From contig NC_043018.1 of assembly GCF_006345805.1 (NCBI RefSeq), forward strand, positions 62,001 through 126,000: a DNA stretch of 64,000 nt. Reading direction: 5' to 3'. This document shows positions 1-12,931 of this stretch, piece by piece (the stretch's first letter is position 1; the number at the start of each line of letters is the position of its first letter). The position numbers were made by a program, and so were the translations under genes. Below the pieces are notes generated by a model. The model did not search any database and was not told the origin of the DNA. It saw only the letters and a program-made list of their open reading frames with translations. Source of the stretch: Octopus sinensis. Its lineage: Eukaryota.

Positions 1-255
1 CCTAATATTTTAATATATATTTATATATATATATATCTGTGTGTGTATATGTGTCTGTGTGTATAAAGTCTGGATGCGCGCACCGTTGATGTAAGTCTGA
101 AGAAGAATATCTCTTCTGTCTAAATTCGAGAATATTAAGCAACTCTTCATTTTGACATTTTACGTAAACTGGCGTTGCAAGCAGAGTTGGTTCAGAAATA
201 TTTGTAACAGATCATAAAAGATGTGGCAAAACATTTCTTTGTATTATTATTTGGA

Positions 256-550
<295 letters not shown>

Positions 551-1199
551 TGTGCCTGTATGTATTGTTACTGGATTAGCGAAACAATTATGAGAACGAA
601 ACCAAGGGATAAGCCCCGCTTTTCCGGGAGTTATCGGGTACGTCAGCTAATAATCATATATGTAGATAGGTATATGTAGATGCGTATATATAGATATAAA
701 CATATATGTAAATATGATTTCACCTTTTGGTATTAAGGTTATCGATTTCAAGTCGGTGAAGGGTAGCGGTGAAGTTGATTTGATTACACCGATCCCTGTC
801 TTCAACTGGTATTTATTTTATCCTTAAAGGATAGAGATAATGTCGAACTCTTCGGCGTTTGAAACTAGAACGTGAGGTGCTGGTAGACGTGTAATCTCGT
901 TAATGATTCTTTAAGCTTGCGGTCTTAAGTCGTATTTGGTTCCAAATATCAGTTTAATTAGTGAACATGACATGCAAATAATAGTACAAGCGCCCTCTGA
1001 ATGACCTTTCAAACATGATGTGAAATATTCTAAAGACGTTATGTGTTGAAGTTATCATCACACCCACTCCTATTATTTGATTATACTCTTTTATATCTTT
1101 CCGTTTCCCATCTCATTTTCGATTAATTTCAGTTTAATATTCTTTAAACCTTCAAGCCTAATTTTTTTCTTCTGCTAATTATTCCTCTTCATAGTTATG

Positions 1200-2170
1200 A
1201 TTGAACTCCTTTTACTGTATGTACATGCCCTTTGCGCACCATTTTTATAAACTTAAACATCACTTCCTCTCATTTACTTCTACCCTGTCCATTTTCAAGT
1301 CATCAAAATTTCCATTTGCTTCATCTCTTATCTCATTTCATCATTTTTGGCCCCAAGAAAGCCTTTTATTCCTTACTTCAACTAATAACTTATTTTGTTA
1401 TTTTCATTCACTTTACTTCATTATCTTCTTTCACATCTTTATCATTCTTTCGCATCTTTATCATTCTTTCGCATCTTATCTCAAATCACTCCATTATGTT
1501 CTTTCAACTCATTTCCTTATCGTCCTCCCTTCACCTCATTCATTCTCTCACCATTTTCCTTCTATTAACGTCTTTCAAATCGTTCTCTCATCTTCCTTCA
1601 CCTCATTCTCTTGTCTTCCTTTATCCTATTCTCTCATCAGTTTCTCGTCTTCTTTCGCCTCCTTCAATTATCCTCTTTCACCCCTTTCTTTTATCTTTAC
1701 AAATCATTCTCTCGTATTCTTTCAACTCATTCTTTCGTCATTTTTCATCTCATTCACTCATTTTCTTTCACCTCCTTTTATCTTCTTTCGCCGCATTCGA
1801 TTATCTTCTTTCAACTCACTATTATTTCGTAGTCATTCACCTCAATTTCTTTCACCTACCTCCTTCTTTTATCTTCTTTCACATTTTTATTTCGTATTCA
1901 TTCAATTCTATTATTTTCCTTCACCTCATTCTCTCATCTTCTTTCACCTGATTCGATTACTTTGCTTCAACTCAATTTCCTTTCCTCTTTGATCCCACTC
2001 GCACGTTTTCTTTCATCTTTCCACGCTTTCGTTCACCTTCTCTCATCTTCTTTCAAGTCATTTTCACCTTTTTTCTCTCATCCTCTTCCACCTCATTCTC
2101 TAAACTTGTAGCAACTCCTCTTTATTTCTCCTCAGTTCTTTTTATATTCCTGTATCTTCTATCTCTGCTC
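1200..2170. repeat. Pyrimidine-rich low-complexity tract / decayed minisatellite
   Basis: Recurrent tcacctcattctctcatcttctttc-like words; ORFs are F/S/H/L low complexity. Confidence 0.6.
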
Positions 2171-2514
2171 AGAAAGATCCACCTTTAATCTCTTACATCC
2201 TTACAAGCCAAACCAAGACCGGTCGGTCATATGAGGTATCATAACGATCATCAACTTGCTTGACCTCCGGTGACCTTGGGCTCAACAACAACAGCAACAA
2301 CAATAAATAGACCCAGCAAGGAAGCCCCGAATTGCCTCAATTAATAGCCAAAGATCTCATTAAAATCATCCTCGGATATTTTCCATACTGACATGTCGCA
2401 TTATGCGATGCCAGCTAACCTGCGCACAGAAACAGAGTAGGGTGGTCATGGATGGAATGCCTTTGATGAAGGGTCTGCGAAATAACATTAGTCATGGATT
2501 TAAACAGTAGCTAC

Positions 2515-2628
2515 TTGTTGCTGTTGTTGTTGTTGTTGTTGTTGTTGGTGGTGGTGGTGTTGATTTTTTTGCTACAGACGTTGTTCTTTTTGTTGTTGCT
2601 GCTTCTGCTGCTGTAACTACTACACTTA

Positions 2629-2660
<32 letters not shown>

Positions 2661-2747
2661 TTTCCTCGTTTTTGTGGTGTTTGTCCTCGTGGCATTTGTT
2701 ACTGATCTTCACTTTAATTTCGTTGCTGTTGTTGCTATTAAATCGCT

Positions 2748-2783
<36 letters not shown>

Positions 2784-2802
2784 AATCTACCTATCCATCT
2801 AC

Positions 2803-2868
<66 letters not shown>

Positions 2869-3030
2869 CACTCCTTCAACCTCTCTCTGTCTTACTCTTT
2901 CCACCTCTCTTTTTCTTTATCTCCCATTCACTCCTCTATCACTTCCTATTTCTCCTCACTCTCTATTTTCTCTCTCTCTCTCCCTCTCCCCCCTCTTTCT
3001 CTCTCTCTCTCACACACCACACACACACTT
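2515..3030. repeat. (GTT)n/(GCT)n, (CT)n and (ATCT)n microsatellites
   Basis: Direct tandem runs. Confidence 0.9.
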
Positions 3031-3722
3031 TCGTTCTTCATTTACAAATCAATTATTTTTGCCACAGAAAAAAAAAAAAAAACGATTTCCTCCAAAACGA
3101 AAAAATATTTAATTTTAATATTTTTACACTAATTCACTGTTTGGCTGTTCTTCAGCTTTCTAAAACTCACACATACACGAACAATAACACACTCACACAC
3201 ACGCACATATGCGCAGATACACATGATAATACACCTATGTAGCCAGAAGCAGACACAGACACACAAACACGTAGTGTCACAATAACAGACACAGACAAGC
3301 ACACATACATACACATAATCGCATTCATACCTTATCACGCTCTCACGTATACACGTATATGTTTATTCCTCAAATTGTAGACACATAATCAAGCATAAAA
3401 TATCACACAAAATCCCCCCCCCACATATATATATATATATATATACACACACAGGCAAATACGCACGCGATTACATATATACACGCTAACATGAATGCAC
3501 TACCGCATATATGGCTATACGTTATTCATACATAAATGTATAGCTATATACATACGAAGCCAACACACACACACACACATATAATATATATATACAAATA
3601 CATATATATATATATATATAATGTATATATATATATATAGATATATATATATATATATATGTATTTGTAATATATATATATATATATATATAATATGTAT
3701 TTGTATATATATATATATATAC

Positions 3723-3759
<37 letters not shown>

Positions 3760-3820
3760 CTATATATATATATACAAATACATATATATATATAGGTACA
3801 CAATAATATATATATATATA

Positions 3821-3877
<57 letters not shown>

Positions 3878-3878
<1 letters not shown>

Positions 3879-4062
3879 TTGTTGTGCAAGATTCTTTTAT
3901 GTGAAATCGTGTGTTGAAACAAATATTGTTGTAATTAGGAATGGCCGAATAAGATTAAGATTAATGTAAAAAATAATAACGCTGAGCAAGTAACACCAAA
4001 TATATAGTGCGTGTGTTTTTATTGGCTAAACTGGCAAAATGACCATTCCTAATACAACAATA
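3878..4062. mobile_element. Fold-back insert in (TA)n; related copies at ~23755-23832 and ~61935-62185
   Basis: Inverted repeat atattgttgtaattaggaatggcc / gaccattcctaatacaacaatat; shared motif gcaagattc..tat.tga..tc.t.tgttgaaaca in all three loci. Confidence 0.6.
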
Positions 4063-4149
4063 TATATATATATATATATATATGGGTGTGTGTGTGAATG
4101 TATCTATGTATGCATGTATTTATGTGTGTATGTATTATGGGATTTCAGG

Positions 4150-4542
4150 GCATGCCATCAAAGTGACACTGGGGTACAAATATACGAAGCCCAGTATACC
4201 CATCATGACTACCCGTCTGATAAGGGTACACCAGGCACATGCATCACAATCATATGTGCGCGACATGGTGATCTCATATCAAGAAACAGCACATGACCTT
4301 GTAGTTGGGGCCGAGTTAGAATTTTCTTCAGGTCGAGTAACCCATCTCGCTCAAAAGGTCCCCGAATAAGGTTGTAACCTCAAATGGTTATGGTCAAACA
4401 ATTGACAAGCAAATCTGTGGTATTAAGCAGAATATTTGTTTAGCCCATCTTTTATACTAAAACAAAGCAATGTACATGATAACAATTCCAATGAATTAAG
4501 ATCAGAAGCCATGAGAGCCACTGTCTGGTATTGTATCAGGTC
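4150..4542 (-). mobile_element. (TAA)n-associated ~560-bp retroposon (family A), internally deleted copy
   Basis: Matches 4620-5178 with ~150 bp missing near 4375; adjoins (TTA)n. Confidence 0.85.
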
Positions 4543-4549
4543 CTTATTA

Positions 4550-4619
<70 letters not shown>

Positions 4620-5178
4620 GAGTGAGAGACCAGTGCATGCCATCAAAGTGACACTGGGGTAAAATATACGAAGCCCAGTATACCCATCATGACTACTCGT
4701 TTGATAAGGGTACACTAGGCACATGCATCACAACCATATGTGCGCGACATGGTGATCTCATATCAAAATAAACAGCACATGACCTTGCAGGTGGGGGCCC
4801 AGTTAGAAATTTCTTCAGGTCGAGTAACCCATCCCACTCGAAAGGTCCCTGAATAAGGGTTCATTAAGGATGTTGAATGACACACCCATGTTTCCAGAGG
4901 TGAATTATTCAAACCCCAAAGAATCCTTCTCAACACATGGCTATGATGCTCCCCCACTACTTCTGCTCGTGATCAGAGATGCACATATCATCAGCCACTA
5001 AGGGACATGCTCAACTTGTTAAAGTCAAACAACTGACAAGCAAATCTGTGGTATTGAGCAGAATATTTGCTGTAGCCCATCTTTTATACCAAGACAAAAC
5101 AATGTACAAGATAACACTTCCAATCAGTTAAGATCAAAAGCCATTGACAGCCACTGCCTGGTAATGCATCAGGGCATT
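4620..5178 (-). mobile_element. Family A retroposon, full-length copy
   Basis: (TTA)n on both sides; homologous to 4150, 12174, 12656, 57163, 60853. Confidence 0.9.
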
Positions 5179-5741
5179 CATTATTATTATTATTATTATT
5201 ATTTTCACCATAGCTGGAGGTGTGTTTTTGGAGCTCTGTAGGTTTATGACTAATTCACTTCTTTAAAAGGTTCTAATACTGTATTTTGTTGTTTAAATCG
5301 TTTTTCAAGCCAACTGCCCTGCTGGTGAAAAAAAGCCTTGAAAGTTATACGGCAGGATGTCCACCACATTGTGGGAGTGAGACGGTATGGCCTAGTAGAG
5401 GTCCTTTTTAAGACCGAGGGGCAGGGGATACAGAGCTCAGTGGAGTAGAACTAAAGATGAACGTGGAGGGCAGAAGGCCGAGGTGCCACGATTGTGGTTC
5501 TTCGGGCCTTTACGGTTTTTCTGCCCACAGACCCAGAGCAGAAAGGCAGAAAAGAACGTCCAAACGAAAGCACCACATCCCATGAGCTGACAACAAGAAG
5601 AATAACAACTATCGAAAGTAGAGATTAGAAAGAGAAATTGAATCCAAAGAGACAAAACAAGCAGGTATTGCAGTAAAGGCGGCAGTGGGAGTCATCTGCA
5701 GCAGTGGCGGAAGCTACAGTAGCAGGAGCAACAACAACAGT

Positions 5742-5850
5742 GGAGGCGCAATGGCCCAATGGTTAGGGCAGCGGACTCGTGGTCGGAGGATCGCGGTTTC
5801 GATTCCCAGACCGAGCGTTGTACGTGTTTATTGAGCGAAAACACCTAAAG
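5742..5850 (+). mobile_element. tRNA-headed SINE family B, 5' fragment
   Basis: ggaggcgcaatggcccaatggttagggcagcgg...ggtttcgattccc (A/B boxes), as at 29349. Confidence 0.85.
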
Positions 5851-6325
5851 TGGTGACGGTGGTAGCGGTAAAAGGTGGTGGTATTTCTGGCGATAGTGTT
5901 GGTAAGGTGTTGTTGTTGTTGGTGATGGTTGTGGTAATGCCGCAGCCAGAGGTGCGTTTTTATCATATTAGCCTCATTGTCTCCGATGTTAGTGTATTTG
6001 CGATAATTTTGCACATGTCGGACACGTTGTTGGTGTTAATCATAACGCTGATGTTAATAGCGAAGATGATGATTGCATATGTGAGGGGTGGTGCTGGTGA
6101 CGTTAGTATTGATGGAGAAGGCGTTGGCCGGGGCGGTCGTAGTGGCCGTGATGTCAGCAGCTGTAGTGTCGCTACTACAATTGTTGGCTGCTGTTTATAA
6201 TGTTCTAATATATAAAATGGTTGACATTTTCATGTTGAAATGGCTATCTATCAATTGGAGCTCATTAATCCTATTTTCAACAGATATTTTTACTTGACAT
6301 CAAATCTATATACCCAGACATGCAC

Positions 6326-6361
<36 letters not shown>

Positions 6362-6526
6362 CAACACTCACACATATACACGCACACACACGGACCACAC
6401 ACTACATATATATATATATATATTCACACAATGTGTATATATATATATACATACATATATATATATATATATTCACACAATGTATATATATATACATATA
6501 TTATATATATATTCACACAATGTATG

Positions 6527-6561
<35 letters not shown>

Positions 6562-7089
6562 TAAAATATATATAAGTATATATAGATGTTATATATATAT
6601 ATATATATATACTATATATATATATATATGCATTCAATAATACAGATAATCATAGTTTTGTACACAACAGCTAATAAATATACATCATAGCATAGATATT
6701 TACGACACCTGCCTACATGTGTGAATCTCTAATTGTGCGTGTGTATGTATATATAAGTGAGTGTGTGTTTGTGTGTGTTTGTGTGGTGTGTGTGTGTGTG
6801 TGTGTGGTGTGTGTGTGTGCGTGTGTGTGTAAATATACTGCGCGTTCTAAATTGTAATCTAACGTGTATGGAAAATAACCGATATCTTGAACTTCCTGTG
6901 CAATCTTTAACACAGCCAAAAAGGCAAATCATCGAAAAGAAACTTGTGTGTTATAGTCCGAATTCTCTTTCATTGATCTTCAACAGATATGGCGAAACAG
7001 GACAGGAGTGTTTGTCCCAAAATTATCGGGTTACATCAAATTAAATAACTTCCAAATAAACTTACCCGCTTCGTGTTATCTGTTTTATA

Positions 7090-7336
7090 TATATATAAAT
7101 ATACAATTTAAAAATAGGATAAAATCTTCGTAAGAATTCATCAAGTAGTTATCGTGAAAAACTTCATAAGTGAAAAAAAAAGCATGAATTTTTTTCCTTT
7201 AAATTTATTTATTTATATTATATAGGGGGCACTCTTACACACAGATGCCTCACACTAGGAGGAACTCATAGTAGTTTTGACTTTAAGAGTCCCTCCTAGC
7301 GTGAGGCATCTATGTGTAATAGTGCCCTCTATATAA
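7090..7336. mobile_element. Fold-back insert in (TA)n (tail plus ~115-bp hairpin)
   Basis: Arms tatatagggggcactcttacacacagatgcctcacactagga / tcctagcgtgaggcatctatgtgtaatagtgccctctatata at ~7218-7335. Confidence 0.65.
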
Positions 7337-7346
7337 TCTCTCTCTC

Positions 7347-7409
<63 letters not shown>

Positions 7410-7506
7410 CAAAGTGAGATAGAGGTTATGAGTGTAACCTACTATGGGATATCATTTATCCAATATACTGCCAGTAAAGTACCCATCTTTATAATTGTAC
7501 TTTATA

Positions 7507-7640
7507 ATCTCCGACGAGGCCTTGAGATATATATATATATATATAAGTAACTCATTTTTAACTGCATATTACCTCAATACATCTGACTAATATGGGCATA
7601 ATGAGATACTCTTATCTACAGGCTGAAACAGCTGTAAGAT
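7507..7640 (+). ncRNA. Type I hammerhead ribozyme-like motif (degenerate core, long stem II)
   Basis: ATCT-CCGACGA-GGCCT...AGGCT-GAAAC-AGCT-GTA-AGAT; palindromic stem III ACAGCTGT; stem I ATCT/AGAT; core has C in place of U4. Confidence 0.6.
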
Positions 7641-8144
7641 CCATTTTATATGTATTATCCTTATAGTATTATCTTACTTATTGATGTATATTGTTTTATT
7701 CTGTATTATTCTGTTGGATTTGGATGTTCCTATTTAATCTAAATAATTAGTTAATAAATTATATGAATTGGTATTATCTGGAAGTTGATGATTGAAAGAA
7801 ATCTATTTCTCCATTTTCTTATTTTATATATATATATATTACACTCACAAACACACACACATATCTATGCATGCATGCATGTATATATGTATGTACGTAT
7901 GTATGTATGTAAGATTAGAGAAAGGAGGGGATAAAATCCATATGTTTCACATACGGCTACATATGTTTCACAGCGAGCCAACCCTCGGTGTTAGTAGTTA
8001 TCCAAACGAGTGGTAGATCGCAAGCTACTCCTCTGGCCAACTTGTTTATATGAAGCTTACATTGCCGTTTGGAGATCCCGTGCCAACTAGCAGGGGATCT
8101 GAGTGAAATGCGTAGAACAAAAAAATACTACTTCCTAGGCTCCA

Positions 8145-8565
8145 CTCTCTCTTTACGCTTTACTCTTTTACTTGTTTCATTTGACTGCGGCCATGCTGGA
8201 GCACCGCCTTTAGTCGTGCAAATCGACCTCGGGACTTATTCTTTGTAAGCCCAGTACTTATTCTATCGGTCTCTTTTGTCGAACCGCTAAGTGACGGGGA
8301 CGTAAACACACCAGCATCGGTTGTCAAGCAATGCTAGGGGGACAAACACAGACACACAAACACACACACACACATACATACATATATATATATACATATA
8401 TACGACAGGATTCTTTCAGTTTCCGTCTACCAAATCCACTCACAAGGCATTGGTCGGCCCGGGACTATAGCAGAAGACACTTGCCCAAGATGCCACGCAG
8501 TGGGACTGAACCCGGAACCATGTGGTTGGTAAACAAGCTACTTACCACACAGCCACTCCTGCGCC
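8145..8565 (-). mobile_element. tRNA-headed SINE family C (CORE-like motif, internal (TA)/(TG), CR1-like tail)
   Basis: Reverse complement of 17670-18087; (AAAGAGT)-like tail. Confidence 0.9.
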
Positions 8566-8671
8566 ACTACTTATGAAACACATGCAGCCTGGATTTTATC
8601 TTCTCCATTCCTTAATTTTAGATGTGTATTCGCATATACAGCAAACCCCGGTTGCTAACCGTGAACTCTGC

Positions 8672-8905
8672 TCTTTACTCTTTTGACTCTTTTACTGGCT
8701 TCAGTCATTTGACTGTAGCCATGCTGGAGCACCGCCTGTAGTCGAGCAAATCGACCCCATGACTTATTCTTTGTAAGCCCAGTACTTATTCCATGGGTCT
8801 CTTTGGCCGAACCGATAAGACACGGGAACGCAAACATACCAGTATCGGTTGTCAAGCGATATTGAGGAGACAAACACAGACACAGAAACACACACACACA
8901 CACAT
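8672..8905 (-). mobile_element. SINE family C, 3' half
   Basis: Matches the 3' half of 17670-18087. Confidence 0.85.
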
Positions 8906-8934
8906 GTATGTATGTATGTATGTATATATTTAAA

Positions 8935-9128
8935 TTTAAAATGAGGGTGAGAAATTAGATATTAATTTAATTAACATCGATTTCACACCAGTGGTCTAGC
9001 ATATAAAAAAAACTGAAGGTTTAATAAAACTGTATTATATACATATTAGAGAGAAACTACTATGTGGACACCCTTATGCTAGAAATAGATCTGCTAAGGT
9101 CTAGTGGTTTCCCTCTAATATGTATATA
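8935..9128. mobile_element. Fold-back insert (tail plus short hairpin), paralog of 9135-9408
   Basis: atgagggtga..aaatt..agatattaatt, accagtggtctagca and tgctagaaatag shared; arms atatacatattagagagaaactacta / tagtggtttccctctaatatgtatat. Confidence 0.65.
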
Positions 9129-9134
9129 TATATA

Positions 9135-9405
9135 TACATTCAATAATGAGGGTGAATAAAATTATAGATATTAATTCAATAATACCCTTATTTTAATACC
9201 GAGCGACCTAGCACAATAAACCGGGGATACAAATTCATATTATCCATAAATATAAGAGAGCCAACTTTGAGTATGTTAACTTTAGTGCTAGAAATAGCTC
9301 CACCGGTAGTCGCCAACGATGTGGAATTATCGTTGGCGACTACCGGTGAGAGCTATTTCTAGCACTAGAGTTAACATACTCAAAGTTGGCTCTCTTTATT
9401 TACGG

Positions 9406-9408
<3 letters not shown>
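9135..9408. mobile_element. Fold-back insert with near-perfect ~80-bp-arm hairpin
   Basis: Arms 9241-9320 and 9329-9408, 8-nt loop gtggaatt; flanked by (TA)n. Confidence 0.8.
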
Positions 9409-9456
<48 letters not shown>

Positions 9457-9869
9457 CGGGAGGCTTCTTCCAGTTTCCGTCTACCAAATCCACTCACAAG
9501 GATTTGGTCGACCCGAGGCTAAAGTAGATTATCGTACTTTGATACGAGACGTATTCACAACCTTCTGCGCCAATAAAGCGTTATCATTTCTGAAAGTTGT
9601 TTTTATATATTCTGTGCACTGCTTGAATTTCACTAGCACCTTACACCTTGTTCTTTAGATCTTATCTTTACACACACGCGCGGGAGAATAGAAATATATA
9701 TTAATAGAGGTCAGAAAAGCGACAGAGGGTACTGACTAGCACCGTTTTTGCTAAAGATAAGAGTTAATCTAAATCAAAGCCACAAAACGCACTATCTTAA
9801 GTAACCTCTATTATTATACCTATATAATATATATATATATATCTATATAGTGTGTGTGTGTGTGTGTAG

Positions 9870-9902
<33 letters not shown>

Positions 9903-10319
9903 TTATGAATGTATATATATGTGTGTGTGTCTATGAATATATATATATATATCTATATATAATATATATATATATATATATATTATTGCGTGGGTGTGTA
10001 TGAATATATATATGTATATATATATATATATATTATATATATATATATGCATACATACATAGCCTCTAACATTTGCGCTTCATGTGTTAACTACGAATTA
10101 CTGTATGAAATATAGTGACATATGTATGTATACACACACCACTGTCGCGTCTCCTGTTTTATTGTTGAGGCAGTGCACATGTGTCCGAAATAATTGTTTA
10201 TTAATTAGCGAGAAACATTTTTCATTTATTAATTATCAAGGAGTAAAGCGGCGAGCTGACAGAGTCGTTACAGCGTCGGAGATTCTGCTGTGAGGTATTT
10301 GTTGAGGCTCTTTAGAATT

Positions 10320-10322
<3 letters not shown>

Positions 10323-10392
<70 letters not shown>
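10323..10392. repeat. (GA)n microsatellite
   Basis: Direct run. Confidence 0.95.
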
Positions 10393-10396
<4 letters not shown>

Positions 10397-10634
10397 TGGC
10401 GAGAGTGTTTTGTTCAAAGTGAATTTTTGATGACGTGTTTGGGTCTGGAGGTAGGGTGGGTTTCTAAATTTAATTATGAAAATAAGCTCACATTTACTGA
10501 TGTCGTTTAGGAGTGATGTTTTGCAAGTGATGTTTTTAAAGAATTGTAGACCTTTTGGTAGTTTTGCTTCTAGTCAATCAACCGATGTTAAATTCAAACC
10601 GAAAGCCTTGCCCAGATGCTAAATGAACCCAAGG

Positions 10635-10845
10635 AAATTAAGTGCCAGTTACGCACTGGAGGTCGATATAATCGACTTAATCCGTCTGTCTGTCCTTGTT
10701 TGTCCTTTCTGTGTTTATCCCCTTGTGGGTACTAAAGAAATAGGTATTTTGTCTGCCTTTACGCTCCGAGTTCAAATTTGGCCGAAGTCAAGTGGCCCCC
10801 TCCCACCAAATTTCAGGCCTCGTACCTATAGTAGAAAAGATTATA
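10635..10845 (+). mobile_element. SINE family D fragments
   Basis: aattaagtgccagttacgcactgg...aaagaaatagg matches the 3' half of 47461-47695. Confidence 0.75.
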
Positions 10846-10976
10846 GCATATCCATTATCGAATGAGCTAAGGTTTAATTTGACGCTGATTTAGAAGCCGA
10901 TTATTTTAGATCATTCTAGGATTATCCTCTGCCATAACTCATGGAAGCTGTTTTGGTTGCTGCAAAAATACAACCT

Positions 10977-11208
10977 ATTTCTTGACTACCCACAAGGGGC
11001 TAAACACAGAGAGGACAAACAAGAACAGACAAACGGATTAAGTTGATTATATCGACCCCAGTGCGTAACTGGTACTTATTTAATCGACCCCGAAAGGATG
11101 AAAAGCAAAGTCGACCTCGGCGGAATTTGAACTCAGAAAGTAACGGCAGACGAAATACTGCTAAGCATTTCGCCCGGCGTGCTAACGTTTCTGCCAGCTC
11201 GCCGCCTT
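10977..11208 (-). mobile_element. tRNA-headed SINE family D, full length, flanked by a 78-bp direct duplication
   Basis: Reverse complement of 47461-47695; duplication at 10899-10976 and 11214-11291. Confidence 0.9.
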
Positions 11209-11693
11209 ATTTAGATTATTTTAGATCATTCTAGGATTATCCTCTGCCATAACTCATGGAAGCTGTTTTGGTTGCTGCAAAAATACAACCTGTCAAGGAT
11301 TCGGACATCTCATGAGATCACTTCCACAGAAGAAAAACAAGGACAGCAGAAATAAAAACAATGAAACTGATCCATTCATGCATAAAATACACTCAAAACA
11401 ATTCTCACATTTGGCAGGCAGAGATCAAGACAGAACGGCAATCCACATCTAATCGTTACTTATTTACCGTCAACTTAAGGCTAAGTCGTGGCAATAAAGT
11501 GCTACCAAAAATAAAGAGAGTGAGTAATAGTAAAAATAAAATGAATGAAGCCGGTATCATTGACAGCAGAGAGGATTTTATATGATTTAAAGCTATTTAT
11601 ATGAGTTATTTCTATCCCTGTATACAAGCACTCACAGAAGTATAGATACATACAGATGTGCATATATATAATATATTATAACAAAATAATAAT

Positions 11694-11765
<72 letters not shown>

Positions 11766-11766
<1 letters not shown>

Positions 11767-12157
11767 GAAGAAAAAAAAATGCTTTCTAATTGATGTATCA
11801 ATACCGGCAGATGACAACGTGTCTCTAAAAGAAATGGAGAAACTCTCAAAATACAAAGACCTGGAAATAGAGGTAACTAGAATGTGGAACCTGAAAACAG
11901 AAACAATTCCTATCATAGTAGGTGCATTAGGCATGATAAAAAAATATTCAGACAAATACATAACAAAAACACCAGGACTTACAAACACATATAACATACA
12001 GAAAATTGCACTACTAGGCACTGCACATATCCTCCTACGCAGAACACTTTCCATACATAACCATCAGAGCATCACAACAAATCACGCACATACCCAAGGC
12101 ACACAGAGCTGCGCTCGGTAGTGAAGTGAAAGCACGCTATAAAAATAAAACTACTGA
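11766..12157 (+). mobile_element. 5'-truncated R4/Dong-like non-LTR retrotransposon (restriction-like endonuclease C-terminus plus 3'UTR)
   Basis: CFLIDVSIPADDNVSLKEMEKLSKYKDLEIEVTRMW...IPIIVGALG...IQKIALLGTAHIL is the RLE D..E..K..KY region; (TAA)n on both sides. Confidence 0.85.
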
Positions 12158-12173
12158 ATAATAATAATAATAA

Positions 12174-12594
12174 TTGCTTGCCAGTTTTTTGGACCTTAAC
12201 CAGTTGAGCATATCCCTTTGTGGCTGACGATATGTGCATCTCTGATCACGAGCAGAAGTAGTGGGGGAGCATCATAGCCATGTGTTGAAGGGATTCTTTG
12301 GGGTTTGAATAATCACCTCTGGAAACATGGGTGGTTCTTTCAACATCCTTAAACAACCCTTATTCAGACCTTTTTTGAGCAGGGTGGGTTACTCAACCTG
12401 AAGAAATTTCTAACTGGGCCCCACCTGCAAGGTCTGTGCTGTTTATCTTGATATGAGATCACCACGTCGCGCACATATGGTTGTGATGCATGTGCCTGGT
12501 GTATCCTTATCAGACGGGTAGTCATGATGGGTATATTGGGCTTCGTATATTTTACCCCAGTGTCACTTTGATGGCATGAACTGCTCTCTCACTC
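12174..12594 (+). mobile_element. Family A retroposon, 5'-truncated
   Basis: Reverse complement of 4620-5045; ends ctctctcactc(aat)n. Confidence 0.88.
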
Positions 12595-12647
<53 letters not shown>

Positions 12648-12655
12648 TGATGATG

Positions 12656-12813
12656 TAATACCCTGATGCAGTAACAGGCAGTGGCTCTCGTGGTTCCTAA
12701 TCTTAACTGATTAGAAGTGTTAACATGTACCTTGTTTTGTCTTGGTATAAAAGATGGTCTATGGCAAATATTCTGCTCAATAGCGCAGTTTTTGCTTGTC
12801 AGTTGTTTGACCT
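12656..12813 (+). mobile_element. Family A retroposon, 5' ~155 bp
   Basis: Reverse complement of ~5020-5178. Confidence 0.8.
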
Positions 12814-12838
12814 TGATGTTTTCTAAAATACAAACATT

Positions 12839-12916
<78 letters not shown>

Positions 12917-12931
12917 TACATATATATATAT

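Noticed and set aside
572-657. Small structured insert with GAAAC and inverted attagc/gctaat
   Set aside because: No CUGANGA on the same strand; unclassified
1201-1992. 263-aa ORF
   Set aside because: Pyrimidine-rich low complexity keeps several frames open; no domain
4885-5000. CTGATGA/CTGACGA...GAAAC inside family A as a hammerhead
   Set aside because: No stem I or stem II pairing could be built; the T/C difference is a simple CpG transition
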